Assembly (NCBI RefSeq): GCF_037042905.1
Contig: NC_087258.1
Coordinates: 7,626,001 to 7,690,000, forward strand
Source: Lytechinus pictus
Taxonomy: Eukaryota
Length of the DNA: 64,000 nt
Direction of reading: 5' to 3'
Position 1 is the stretch's first letter, and each line of letters opens with the position of its first letter. The position numbers were made by a program, and so were the translations under genes. A model generated the notes under the pieces. It did no database searches. It saw only the letters and a program-made list of their open reading frames with translations, and had not been told where the DNA came from. Below, piece after piece: positions 13,300 to 26,852 of this stretch.

Positions 13300-14709
13300 A
13301 TGGCAAATAATGGTCTTACCATTCCCGATGACGGATATGACTTTTCGAAGAAGAAATTGAGTGTCAACCTGAGCCATGTGTCTCTGACAAGTATCCAAAC
13401 ACCCAGTAGTGACAAGAAACAATCTGCCCTGGTATCCGTCAAAATGGGCCTTTGTAATATCTCGCCCTATTCCAAAAAAGGAAAACACCTCCAAATCCTG
13501 AAGATGGTTTTGTTTCCACTTCTTCCTGCTGCGGCATTGTTGATCTTTGTCAGTGTTGAACTGGACTCTACATTGCGCGAACGGGACAAACTAGAGGCAT
13601 CCAGGAGAGAAATAGCTCTCTCGAAAAGCGTTGGAGAACTGATCCACAGCATACAGGTCGAACGCTCGGAAGTTACCCTCTTTATCGTAAAATCCGAAAA
13701 CATGACGTCCACAGAATCCATTGTCTGGGGGGAACGTCTTCAAGACTGTTACAATAGAACAGATGATGCCCTTGCCAACCTACTTGAATGGCCTCTGAAA
13801 AATTCAGAAGAGTCTAATATGTACGACTCGAAGGGGACGTTTCAGTTGTATTTGGATGAAGAACGAGACATTTTATCTTCCGTTGACGTTGCAGAGGAGA
13901 TCCTTTTTTATTCCAATATCAACAAGGTTTTGATTGATTGGTTCATTGATACACTCCGAGAGAATGTCCACGAAGGTCTTTGGAATGAGATCGTATCCTA
14001 TCAATTCTTGGTCCAAGCAAAAGAGAATGTAGGACTTCTTATGGCCTACGGAGAAGAGGCGTTTTTGAATCGAACACTCCGAAATGAGGACTTTTTATCC
14101 TTCATGAAAAACGATATCCTTCTCACCTACAATCTCGCATCATCTTTTAAATTTTCCGGCGGCTACGCCAAGGACTTCTACGAGACCCTCATCATAACTT
14201 CTGGGATTGAAACTACTGTGCAAATCATGAGGGATGAAATCGTACGAACTCTAAGTGCTAACTCTTCAGGTATAATTACCTTATCATCAACAGACTGGTT
14301 CGGGAACCTCAGCGGGTATCTCAATGGCCTCAAGAAAGTCGAGGATGTCGTGATTGATCACATCGACGACATCATCGATGACAGCATCAGTGTTATCATA
14401 GACGAAGTAATCATTGACGGTATCCTATTCGGAATCATTGCCCTCGTGGCGCCAATCATCATATTCTTTGCCATCAGGACCACATCGAAGATCCAGGCCT
14501 ATGCCTTTGGACTAACCGTGAAGACCAAACAGCTGGCCAGTGAAAAGAAGAGAAGCGATTCCCTGCTTTATAGAATGCTTCCAAGAACAGTGGCTCAACA
14601 GCTCAAACTCAACATGACTGTCCCGGCTGAGAATTATGACAGTGTTACTATCTACTTCAGCGACATTGTGGGTTTCACCAAGCTTTCAGCCATCAGTAGC
14701 CCGATGCAG
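13300..14709 (+). CDS. NIT-domain transmembrane guanylyl cyclase (NIT-GC), coding exon 1 of 5 (TM1, NIT-like ectodomain, TM2, signalling helix, start of cyclase)
   Basis: First ATG after an in-frame stop (TAA 13249). TM1 MVLFPLLPAAALLIFVSV; NIT-like motifs ELIHSIQVERS and LVQAKENVG; TM2 GILFGIIALVAPIIIFFAI; EKKRSDSLLYRMLPRTVAQQL coiled helix; VTIYFSDIVGFT cyclase start. Donor CAG|GTAATT, phase 0. Confidence 0.9.
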
Positions 14710-14711
14710 GT

Positions 14712-14811
14712 AATTCAAATTCAAATTGAAATTGACATTCAAATTTCAAATTCAACTTCATATTCAAATTCGAACGGAAACTAAAATTCAAACTCAAATT
14801 AATATCAAAAT
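14712..14811 (-). mobile_element. Tail-only retro-insertion, degenerate (TTTGAA)n, flanked by a 19-bp direct repeat
   Basis: TCAGTAGCCCGATG(C/G)AGGT at 14693-14711 and 14812-14830. The insert uses the same hexamer as the LINE tail at 45139-45160. Confidence 0.65.
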
Positions 14812-14899
14812 TCAGTAGCCCGATGGAGGTGAATGTTATTCATTTCGCTTTCTGATTTTGATATGTAGACTAGAGCCATTCTGGAAAAGAGGCCTCTGT

Positions 14900-15360
14900 A
14901 AACTTAATGGCTGCCAAATTGACCATTCAGAATCTTATCCCTACAGAATTCTTTCATAATATTCGCTTTCACAGACATGAATACTGCAAAAATATGCATA
15001 CACAACGTATACCATTTGTAAAATCTGTTTGCGGTTAATGAATTATGCAAATGTATGCATATTTTGCAATATTATGCTATAATTTGATAATTTCAGCTCA
15101 ATGTTTATAATTTTTGGTACAAATAGCATTTGCATTATTATGAATAATTATACGGCCTTTTGAATATGATATCACAATCAATGTTTATGTAGTTCATTGT
15201 TTCTTGAATTTCTGATGTAACACCTTGTATTTTTAACCAGTTGTTTTGTAATGTTTGTTATGAGCTCTGTCAAAGTATTGATTATCAAAGACAGAAAAAT
15301 AATTAGCTTCAATTATTTCATTATTTCATAACGCTTTTACAGCAACTTTTAATTCATTTA
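14900..15360. repeat. Left arm of an inverted repeat pair (partner ~18250-18690), probably a foldback DNA element
   Basis: AATGGCTGCCAAATTGACCATTCAGAATCTTAT (14907-) is the reverse complement of ~18652-18684, and similarity continues for ~450 bp. Confidence 0.7.
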
Positions 15361-15583
15361 ATTATATCCAGGGACATACACACATGCACCCACACCCGCA
15401 TTTGCATACAAAGTAAAATGCTTGCAAGGTGGGCGTTCCCATATAAAAGCACACTGGTGATGATCTAATCAGTTTCGTGAATATGTTTGTATTCAAAGCA
15501 AAGGTGGTATTAATTGGCTCAATTTCAATTATAAAATGATTTCTTGAATTATGTTGTTCGTTCATATTTAGAAGTTTAGATGA

Positions 15584-16081
15584 TTAAAGGGGAAGTTCTT
15601 CCTGACAAACAGTTTATTGTAAAAAAAATAGCAGAAAAATAACAAAATATATGGCGAAGGTTTGAAAAAAATCCATCAAAGAATTAAATAAAGGTTATTA
15701 GAATTTCAATTATTTGAATTGTGACGTCACATGCGAGCAGCTTTCCTACATATCGCTTGGTGAAAAATCAAATAAATGTCATTTTCCCAGAAAATTGAAA
15801 ATAGAATATTTACTGTATCCTCAGTATATCATTAATCGGTCATTAAAAGAAAACAAAAATAAGTGATCACGTACCATTAAAAAATTGAAATGTATGCATT
15901 TTATATGACATAACATATGGGGCAGCTACGCGTTTATGACATCACAAATCCAGAACTTAAAATTATAATAAATTTCTCAATCTTTTATGGATTTTCCTCA
16001 AACCTTCAACAATATTAATTATTATTTTCTGACATTTTTACAACAAACTTTTCTTCAATCAGAGTGAAATTCCCCTTTTAA
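15584..16081. mobile_element. TTAA-flanked MITE (Kolobok/piggyBac-like)
   Basis: TTAAAGGGGAAGTTC...GAAATTCCCCTTTTAA with long imperfect inverted arms. Confidence 0.65.
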
Positions 16082-16289
16082 TGCTCACATTTAAATCATG
16101 ATAATACTGTGTAATAAATTCTCAATTCCTTTATTGGTTTACCCAATCAGTGGCAGTTAATATCCGTAGGTGTAATTATGTTCCCTGTTCAACACAATCT
16201 GATTACATACATTTAGAGTATTTTTTTTCTTTTGCAATATTAAGTGGAAGCATTCTGCTGAGATTTCCTGTGTGTTTCTACACTACATG

Positions 16290-16452
16290 CAGGGGCCGCG
16301 GAACGGTTTTCAAAGTGGGGGGGGGGGGGCTGACCATGCAAAAAATTACAATCATATGGTCATTTTTACGTTTTTGTACACGGTTTTGGAAAAAAAGTGG
16401 GGGGGGGGGGGGCTGAAGCCCCCCCCCCAGCCCCCCCGCTTCCGCGGCCCCT
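16290..16452. mobile_element. GC-rich MITE (hAT-like TIR CAGGGGCCGCGGAA)
   Basis: CAGGGGCCGCGGAA ... TTCCGCGGCCCCTG with internal poly-G/poly-C. Confidence 0.75.
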
Positions 16453-16649
16453 GACATGTATGCTGGTCAAATTGCCCAAATCTGTCAAAACTTCTCAGAA
16501 CTAATTAACCCACCCACGAAACCATATAATATCTCATTTTGTCTATCGAGTAGACCTTTTATAGGCCAGGCTGTGATGTTCTAAAGTTCAACAACGAACA
16601 ATTTACTCCATGTACTTCTAATAACAAATTTTGATCATTAGAGTTCATT

Positions 16650-17900
16650 AAACCTTTTTTAACGTATTGCATGTGCATCCACACGTATTTTCAATGTGGT
16701 ACCCCCCTGTCCTCTCAAAGGCTGTCACTTCATCGAACTTAGAGGCAGCCAGCTTCCCCAGCTTGATATACCTTTACATTCGGGATCCTGAATGATCAAT
16801 GTCAGCTTTCCTCGATTTGGGGTTCAATTAGATGGCTTGATTGGGAGGGCAGGTAAATGAGAGTCATCTGTAATTGTTTTATGCCATTCAATTTAGTATA
16901 AAGTATTCTGCGAAGGCAGTTCGTATCGAAGTCATCGTGTTTGTGTTTTTGAGATGTGTCTGATTCTCGATCATGTGACAGGTCCGTAGAGAAAACCTAA
17001 GATTTAGTCTTGAGAGAGAATCTGCTGACCAGATTAATTTTAGGTGTTAAAATGCTCGGAGAGCAAATTTCCAATACTGCAGCGAATTTCATGGGTAATG
17101 TCCCCTTGGCCATTATATAGAACTTCAAATATTCACATATGTAGTTGACGTCTTTAAAGGATAGCCTTTTTCTTTTACCTAACGAAGAGATATTTCAGAG
17201 GATGATGGGTGCCTGACATGTTTGGTGTTCCTTTGGTGGATTATCAATCCACTTCTGTTGCCCGGCTTTCACCACAACAGCATCCGATAGCTTCCTTAAT
17301 AGCTCTAATACGCTGCATGCAAGTCTGAGATATCATCACCAAAGTCTAGGTCGGGAATTTCTTCGATTATAGAGCCTAGAGATGCCTCTCTCTACAGTTA
17401 CCGTCTTGCTCATGACAAAACAAATTGGCGAAAGTATGCAACCTTGACGCACTTCTATAGTACCTTAAACCAAAGCTTAGCAAAGATCGTATAGAAACAC
17501 TTTTCTACGATTGATTCCACTGACTACAATACACAATAAATCGTAAAAATCAAGTGTACGATTAATCGCTAGCCTTTGTGCTACGGGACTCAGGAATGGT
17601 GAAAGATTGTATTGATTGTAGGGAGCATAGTTTACGGGGGTCCGGAAAAGTGAGCACCTTCAGCAGTGACGGACTGTTAATGCTATCAAAAGCCTTGCTG
17701 AGATAAAGTTCATTGCGATGGGAATATGACATCCCTAGCACTTTTCAATCATAGGACGCAGTGTGAACATTAGTTTCTACATTTGCTAGGCTGGAAACCT
17801 GCTTGTTCTTGCCCATGTTTTTATCATGGAGCTCTTCTGTTATTAGGTCTATGTTCTTATAATTTCCTATTCTATATTCAGAATCGTCTGCCAAAGTATC
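16650..17900 (-). mobile_element. Decayed RTE-clade LINE reverse-transcriptase relic, interrupted by a small insertion (~17460-17595)
   Basis: Minus-strand motifs in the correct order: IEKC..HIPIAMNF.LSKAFDSIN (~17675-17748), VRQGCILSPI (~17421-17455), LDFGDDI (~17329-17349). Stops and frameshifts throughout; outer boundaries approximate. Confidence 0.75.
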
Positions 17901-18249
17901 TTCCAAGGAATGGATTGAAGCCGTATTCATTTTTATTGTTGACTGGGGGAAATAGTTACAAGGATGTTAACAAAAAATTGATACTTATATCCGATTGATA
18001 GATCACACGTTTACTTGATTATTACTACTATCTAATTATAAAGGATTAAAAAAATATTGAATATTCAAGTTGAATAAATAAATAAACTTCTTATACAAGT
18101 TATCAATTTATAAACTATTTATAACTTATTGTCAATATTATATGATCAGCATCAATGTGGTTTTATATTGGGCATGCCTGATGTACTTTGTAAGAATATT
18201 ACTGTGTATACAGATGTGGGTGTGGGTGCATGTGTGTGCTTGTTTCAGA

Positions 18250-18841
18250 GTACAATTAACAGTTCTGGTAAAAATGTTTATGAAACAATTTAATCATTGA
18301 AGCTTGATATTTGCCCTTGATATTTGCCATTTTGTTTATGAAAGATCTCGTTAAGGTATACAAATAAATACATAAAACAATCAAAGTACAATGAAATGCA
18401 TGAAAATTATATGTTGTATTAAGGGCCATAAAATTATTAGTAATGATGCAAATGCTATTTGTACCAAAAATAATGAATGTTTCGGCTGAAATTAACATTA
18501 TAGCATAATATTGCAAAATATGCATAAATTTGCATAATTGATTAATTGCAAACAGAAATAACCAATTTTCCTGAACGGTATACGTTATGTATGGAGGATT
18601 TTGCAGTACCTTTGTCAGTGAAAGCGAATATTATAAAAGAGTATTGAAGAAATAAGATTCTGAATGGTCAATTTGGCAGCCATTTTGTCTATGCAAATTA
18701 GATGGTCAAAGTATGAGAAATTGGGTTGGAAACTGGTCTTATCAGATTCAGCACATTAAAATTGTGTGAAATAGACCGGTTTCCAACTTTTTCACCAAAT
18801 TGCTTTTACAACTCAAATTTTCCCTTTATTGGTCTTGTCTA
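18250..18841. repeat. Right arm of the inverted repeat pair with 14900-15360
   Basis: Reverse-complement similarity, as described for the left arm. Confidence 0.7.
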
Positions 18842-18961
18842 ATGGTTGGACGAATTTGATTAAATCACGGTGGCCAATGGCTGTTTTTTTTCATGCAGGG
18901 AGGCCGTGCATAAAACATACCCCAAAAATAAGAGTACAGATAAAAAAAATAAAAAAAAGGT

Positions 18962-18964
<3 letters not shown>

Positions 18965-19033
<69 letters not shown>
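18965..19033. repeat. (TA)n microsatellite
   Basis: Read directly. Confidence 0.97.
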
Positions 19034-19035
<2 letters not shown>

Positions 19036-21928
19036 AAGGACACAAGGACGAGGAAAAAAACCACTAATACTCCCTTAAGAAACAAATGAAAGTAAAATGG
19101 AGAATTCAAATTTCAAGAATTTTCAACTTCAGATTCGAATGATTTCAGATTAATTATTGTGGTATTATATGATAGAAAGATAAAGGTTTCTATTTACTTC
19201 AAAGTCTATATTTGGACTTTGTAAACCTATTATACTTGTTTTCTAATCTTTGCTAAAATCATTTGGGAATACAAAAATCCATTATAAGATAAAAATAGCA
19301 AGCCTTTACTACTTTGGCGGATAAAAGTAATAACATATTGCCGAATCCAACCTATATAATCCGTTGGCAATCATTATCCAAGCGCTTTTAAAATTGTGTT
19401 CCCTTTCAGTTTATGAATATTTTATATCTTAAGTAACTTAATATTCTTTACCTCAGAATGCACCACATTATAAAACAGTGGTGAGAAGCGCATTCAATGA
19501 ACACCTTAAATACACATGCCCTACTTCTTTCTTTCGGAAAATGTGATCAAATTTATGAAAGGCCTTTTCCCCTCTACAAGATTCTTTCAAATAAATTTCA
19601 AGATAAATTATATAAAATACATTCTTCTGTACACAGATACCATAGAAAACCGCTATGAAAACATAATGTTATTAAACAATCATCATGGTCTTTTGCACAA
19701 CTACGTAATTTGATTTGAGGCAAAAAAACCCATCATATAAACAAAGATTTTCAACGTTAAATTGAAATAAACGAACGAAGATACATTGGATGTATAATAA
19801 TTTTTCATATTTGTGTTTGGGCACTGCCCACACCATAAAAAAATCCTGGAATGAAACCATTGATTTTATTTTCCTTAAGAATAGCTTTGTATATGTATCC
19901 TTCCATTTCATAAATATAGTCTTCCATTTTTAAATAAGGCTTGGTATAAACATAAGGTAAAATAAGGCTTGGTATAAATGTCAAGGCGATGAGAAATATA
20001 TATCATAATGGATACTTCAAAACGGAATGTTTGGGTAAATGGGAGATGGTTTTGATCTCTAAAGTTGGTTTAAGTATTCGGGATGTTGGAAGTGCTTTAC
20101 GCAGGCCCCAGATTTTAAAAGCCAGGCTAAAATCAAGTACATAATTTCATGAAAAGATATGACATAGTTATTGCCTTCAAGTTGGATTAACATGATTAAG
20201 TCGAGCTACTATTGGCGTTGTAGATGAGGGAAGTGCTTTTCGCACGTCCCAGACTTTGAAGGCAACAAGAACATGAAGAAGTAAAGTTGGAAAGTTAATC
20301 CTTCTAATAATTCTTATGATGGTTTGATTATTAAACCATGCTGCAGAGAACACAATGTCGCAAAGTGTGATCTCAGGATGTTCACATAGTGGACAATGTG
20401 GAAATATCATTATTATTATTTTGAAATTTTCACAACTTGTAATCTAGAGAAATTATATAAGAAATTATTTTGGAAACGAAAAACACCAGACTCATGCTAT
20501 TTATTTTATGAAAGACCTAATCTTATTCAAAATGTATAGAAAATTTAATCAGAAGAGACCCGATTTAAAACAGGTCTCCAAGATTCTTTCAATCCTTAAT
20601 TCCTACTTCATGTCTCATCATTTTATTTATGTTTTTTATGTGACTTTTGTATATAACGATTATGAATATTATATGAACAAATAAAGTCGCTCTTATGAGG
20701 ATTAAAGAAAAAAATGTGAAAATATTATTGACACTCTTGCTCAAATACAACAGTGTAGAGATATTTTCACACTGTGGACACCTCGACAGTGTGACTGTTC
20801 ACAGCGTGTTAACATGGTCGACAAAGTGAGTATGTGATTCACAATGTTGAAAGTTTAACAGTGTGAATGTGATTTTTACATTGTGTTCCACACTGAATCA
20901 CACACTTTGGGACACTGTGTTCTTTCCAGTGGCGAAGGGCTTCTGGAATTTTCTAGTCCCTGAAAAGAATATTGCAGCTTATTGCAAGCTTTATGATCAT
21001 GATCATAATCTAATATCATAATGAAGGTCATTGGTGATTCTAAATGAACGCAGTGTGCATTACATGGAACGTCACGCACAAAAAGACTCGATAATAAACA
21101 TCGCATGACTTTACAAAATGTACTAATATAATTAGACAATTTTAGAGATAAGTGAACATTGTGGCCTTCCAGTGTAACTACATATGTATTACGGCGACAC
21201 TCAGCAATTAATATATTCGATGACATGATGAGGATATGAACAATTGATCATGCGGTAGTATCGCAATATAACGTTTTGTCGCCTAAAGGTACAACCGTAA
21301 AATAGCGCTAAGATGAAAAGTTAATAAAGATTAATTTGAAATTCACCAATAATGCAGCAAAATTACCAATTTCGTCATCCATTGTGCATTTCTTTTTCTA
21401 TCACCGTGTATTAGGCCCATCTATTTCATAAATTCCGTCAAGTAACATCGAAACCACCTTAATTAAGGTGATTTGTCAATTGACAGATCAACTCTTCGTT
21501 TCGTATGAATTTTCTTTTTTTATTTATTATTCATCAGGTGATCTGTCAATCGACAGATCAACTATTAATTTCGTACGAATTTTCTTTATTATCAATTATT
21601 TATTTATTTATTTTTCCACCTTTTTCTTGTTAGCAGAAAATTTCCAAAAACTCATCATCAATTTTTCTTCAAAATTTTATCAGTTATGCGGATCTATTAT
21701 GCAATGTTTTTTAAACGAGTTCAAACTTAAAAATTTACACTGACGTCGTAATTTTGTAAAATCACATTATCAATCATATCTCCATTATCAATAATAAGAA
21801 AAATCAGTCATATTTACATCATATTAAATTCAGGTCAAGGGTCAACTGTCCATGTCATCAAAAGTCATGTAGAGGTCACGACGCGCGCGTCCAATTTTTA
21901 AAATGCTCAAAATCACTTTTTGACCAAA

Positions 21929-22028
21929 GTAATACTACTACTTCTACTACTAATACTACTACTACTACTACAACTACAACAACAACTACTACTTCTAATT
22001 TTACTGCTACTATTACTGCTACTAATAC
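21929..22028. repeat. (CTA)n microsatellite
   Basis: Read directly. Confidence 0.9.
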
Positions 22029-22244
22029 TTTTAATAGAAATAGCGCCAGGTTCTTCCAGCTACCGAAGACCACGACGATCGGCAAATACAATCATGATAA
22101 CTTACGTCTTAAAGTAATATATACAGTCATAGATTAAAAAGACAATTGTAATAATCAAGATTGCAATTATAATCATCATCTTCGTCATCACCACCACCAA
22201 CATCGTCATCATTATCATCGTAATAATGAAAAGGAGTGATCACT

Positions 22245-22525
22245 ATATAATAATAATAATAATAATAGTTGGATTTATAAAGCGCTTTTTGCCAGAGGAT
22301 ACAAAGCGCTGCTATTATTACCCCGGCTTTAGCTCGAGCTACCATCACCGGCGCTCAGTGCATGCAAGGAAATACTCCTGCCGGGTACCCATTCACCTCA
22401 CCTGGGTCGAGTGCAGCACAGTGTGGATAAATTTCTTGCTGAAGGAAAATACGCCATGGCTACGATTCGAACACACGACCCTCTGTTTCAAAGGCGAGAG
22501 TCAGAACCACTAGACCACGACGCAC
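22245..22525 (-). mobile_element. tRNA-derived SINE with (TTA)n tail
   Basis: A-box GCGTCGTGGTCTAGTGG and B-box GTGTTCGAATC on the - strand, with a TAA-repeat tail at 22245-22267. Confidence 0.8.
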
Positions 22526-23953
22526 CCACTATATGAAGAGGAGGACGGTGAAATAATAGATAATGATAAATGGTTCATATGGGCCTACGGTCTCAGGTCG
22601 AACTTAACATCCTCAACACAAAAATTCAACCGGTAGTCAGCTCGTTTTGTTCTTACATTCATGGCAAAGAAAAGTAATTTCATATTTGTTTTATTTTTCC
22701 TCCCACTTAGGCCTCCTTGGCTCCCGCGTGTTTCCAGCTTATTTGATGCTGAATACTCCCGTATTATTTCTGAAAGTCGGAAGTTCTATGTTCATAGAAA
22801 GTTGGAAATATATCTCTTGAGACGATGGACTTGTTTGGAAGAATTTCATGGAGATTATGGACTTAAGTGTGATTTGCTTTCGCAATGTATGAGAATTAGG
22901 CCGGCTATTAGTAGTTGTCATGACAATGGAAGGATATGGAATAATACATACTGCGAAGTATCGTGTTAATGGAACTTAAGTTTTCAATTTGCATTGAAAA
23001 TTGAAGGGTTCGATAATGCGAGGGTCACACAAAGTTGCGGAATAAAAGTGCATGTGAGTTTATTGGTTTTAATTCATGGCTCAAAGGTATAGAACATAGG
23101 AGAGCAATGTTGAAAAAAAAACAACGAAAATTGGAAATAAGGAATAATAAGAAGATGAAGAAGGAGGAGGAGAAAAAGAAGAAGCAGACGAAGAAGAAGA
23201 AGAAGGAGAAGAAAAAAAGAAGAATAAAACGAAAAAAGAGGAGGAGGTACTGGAACATCAAGGTGACTCAATCATTTCCAAGATTCAGTTAAATAATTAC
23301 TATGCCATTAAAAGTGGTCTTGATTTTCTACGAATGTTAATTGCCCTTTGACTCGATGATAACCTATCCGTTTGGGGGATTTTGACTTCGATATACGCAT
23401 ACCAGAAAGTTGCACCTATGTTGGTCATCGTTTGTGACTGGAATATTTTTAACAATTCCATAAGATATTCATCGCCAAAAGAGGACAAAGAAATATAGCG
23501 TGACACGCTGAACGAGCCCTTTGACTCTTAAACATGCTACGAAAACAGAGGCTGATCTCTGTCATATTTCTGAAGCCATTATTGATTTTGTAAATGAGCT
23601 GATTCGAAAACGTCTTATAGCCTGAAATATGCTCTAAAAAAATAGCGAGGGAAACCAGGCGAGAAATATTATGAACATTGAAATCGATATCATAGAAGTT
23701 GGAACATTTTCACACTGAGATCGATAGAGAAAACGTAACTTTTGATTTCAGTCAAATGATTCAAGTGAAACACAATTACACATAAAATGCAAATGGAACA
23801 TTCATTTAAATATGACGATTTGCAGTGATACAAATACAACCACTGTTTAGGTGAACGAATATGAATTTTGGCCAAGTTCAAATACTCATGGTGGGTGGTA
23901 ATATTTACCTGATTGCTAAGAAAGCAAGAATATAATACACATCCTCAAGCACC

Positions 23954-24178
23954 TACACTGCAAAAACTCTGGTTTTCATTTAACACCAGCCCGGAATCTA
24001 TATCTGTCCACACCAGAGAAGTGTTAAACAACACCACTTTCGTTTTGGTCTAACACCAAATTAGTATTAAAACAGCATCGGTTTGATTCCAAACTGGTGT
24101 TGTTTCAATACTTCTCTGGTGTGGACATATATAGATTCCGGGCTGGTGTTAAATTAACACCGGAGTTTTTGCAGTGTA
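23954..24178. mobile_element. Palindromic MITE (TA-flanked, TIR CACTGCAAAAACTC)
   Basis: TACACTGCAAAAACTC...GAGTTTTTGCAGTGTA with ~90-bp arms. Confidence 0.8.
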
Positions 24179-26852
24179 CTAAAACCGAAACGCACACATC
24201 CAGTAAAAAAACCCTCGCAGACTCTCACATGCAACCACACACCCCAATATTTCTCTTTAACACACACGCACACCCACCTAACACATCCTCACAGATATGT
24301 TTATAGTTCTAGGATGTTCTACCAACATTACATTGGGAATCATATCTACATAGAAAAGTTACACGAAATAGTCTAGCAACTGAATTAGCTTAATCGTATA
24401 CATCTCTTCCCTTGAACTATTCGACATTTGATGTTGGGATAAAAAATTCTACATAGCATTCAAATCGACTCTCGTTCTATTTGCAAAGGTCAAGTGAAGA
24501 TGTTTACGACATATAATTCGAGTGTTTTGGTGTATTTTCTCTCCAATATCAGTTGAAATTGTGGCCACCGTGAATAAGATGTGCTTCCCAGGGTATGAAA
24601 TCTTGGTTTCAAAATTTATCTTCTACCTCTTCATTAGATGACGTATAGATTGTGCTTCTAGTTTACAAATTGACGTATCTGATCTGTGGGCTGTTTCATC
24701 AAGCTATTCTTAATGTTTACGCATGACCTTACAGAAGATGATAGTGTATATAAATTGGAGTTCTCAAAGAATTTTAATCACATTAGGTCTAGTAAAAACG
24801 TGACTATGTTTATTTTTACTGACATTAAGACGTTTAACGTAGTAATTAGTACGACATTTATAATTTGCTGCACTACATAGGAGACCATAAGAAAAAAAAA
24901 CACCCTAGGTACTTTCTTGTCATCACAAGACTCAGAGGGCTCCCATATATTTCAAAGAAATATATATTCTAGTTTTTTTGCGAAATTTTTTTTCGTGAAC
25001 CCGACAATAGAATAATGATGGGTATTTATGTAGCAATTTTAACTATATTTAAATTCACCTTTGTTGATGGAAACACAATTGAATTTCTTAATCAAATTTA
25101 ATTCTGGGTCTCGACGCAATCATTTTGCACAAACATGAAAAATTCGACAAAATAATGCAGACTTATCATTATGTGGCGTCTTGCTTGCATATACCCCCAA
25201 ACATGCCAAAGGTAAATTGTATACGTTGAGAGCGGGAAATTCGAGAATCCGATTACGAGGGTTTAAAACACTATGTAATGAGGTTGAAGTCGCTGGTTCG
25301 CTGAGCACGACGTTAAATTTATATATAAGTATGGCTATTGATATCGTTATATTGCCATTATCATCATCACCATCATGATCATCTTAAACATAATCATCGT
25401 CATCATCATCATCATCATCATCTTTATCATCATCAGTCATCGTCGTCGTCGTAGCCCTGGGAAGCGGGGGTGCTGCGTGTTTTATTCTCCATAAGCAACA
25501 CCCTCTGGAATTCTAGAAGGTGTGAAAAACGGAGAAATGTAACCAAATGACCTCCATTTTGAAGTGAAAGCTATTTTCTCCTTCTTTTTCTTCTTCTTTT
25601 CTATTTTTTTTTTGCTTTTCAAATTTCTCGAGACCAAATTGACCTCCACTTTGTAGTGATTTTTTATTTTTGCTTTTTAAATTTCTCGGGACCAAATTGA
25701 CTTATATTTTGAAATAAAAACCTCCTTTGTTTTATTTTGAAATTTACATCTGCACCAGTTAGAAAAAATCTTTTCCAGGGCCCTGCGTCATAGTCATAAT
25801 CATCATCATCGTCGTCATCATTGCTATCATCGCTACCACCACTCGATCAATTCTCCATGAAAAAAGTTTTTTTCTCCAGTACTAGCACTCGCATTTTACA
25901 ATGTTTGTGATCTAATATTCATCCTCTGAACTGAAAGATGGTGGCACCGAACCTGAGACCCCCCCAAAGAAAAAAAAAATCTGTATGCCTGGGCTCTTCT
26001 TTCGTTGTCATATGGCGTAAATACACGCCTACTGCCACGTGATCTTAATTAAGTCAACCGACCAAGAAGGAAATCTGCCACGATAATTTACAGAAATTAG
26101 GGATGAGAAAGCTTCTTCCCACCTCCGAATCGGTATCTGAGGCATTAATTCAACAAGGTTAACATCTACCCTTACACGTGCCTTGTTATTAGATTTCTTG
26201 CATTAAGTATATCAGCAGTCCAGGGGTCTGTTATACAAAATGATTGTGTTTTAAAAAAATCAAGCGTAAGTCCTGAATACGCGCACATGATAATTGGCTA
26301 AAGATCTCCTGACGTTTGATTTTTGGAGGTAAGTTTGGTTGTACCTCTTTGTGACAAGGGCCCCAGGAGTTAGGCGCCACAAAAACCACGTGGAAACTCA
26401 GCGCTGCAGTTCTCCGGTGAAAGGACTGACTGAATCCAAAGCGTTCACTGCTTAAGTGGTGCTTACTGATTCACCTTCTGAAAATCAGTGCTTTAAATCA
26501 GTTTTCTCCTGATGGATATGAAGTTGAAATCAAATTTCCTTCAAGGGCAAAAACGAACACTGATGAAGATTTCATTCTCGTTTAATTCGCGGGTCACGTG
26601 TATAGCCATGCTGGTATAAGTTGGTTAACTTCTTGGGCAAATTTGGCATGCCGGTCGACATACACTTCGTCATAGTGGCCGATCAATATTCTAGTATTAT
26701 AAAGTATGACATAAGAATCGCTACTTGCATAAGATTCTATCTGACCCAATTTGAGGAATCTTTCAATTTGATTATTTTTCTTTTTGAATGTGCATTTATT
26801 GTTTCGCGTAAGTGAATTCATGAATGTGGAATTGTTTCCCTCTATGATACCA

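Noticed and set aside
14710-14784. C-terminal VIQIQIEIDIQ... of the 494-aa ORF as part of the main protein
   Set aside because: It is read-through into intron 1 and the TTCAAA insert; the cyclase continues at 31460.
18829-23292. Low-complexity ORFs (poly-IY, poly-L/V, poly-K/F)
   Set aside because: They are translations of microsatellites.
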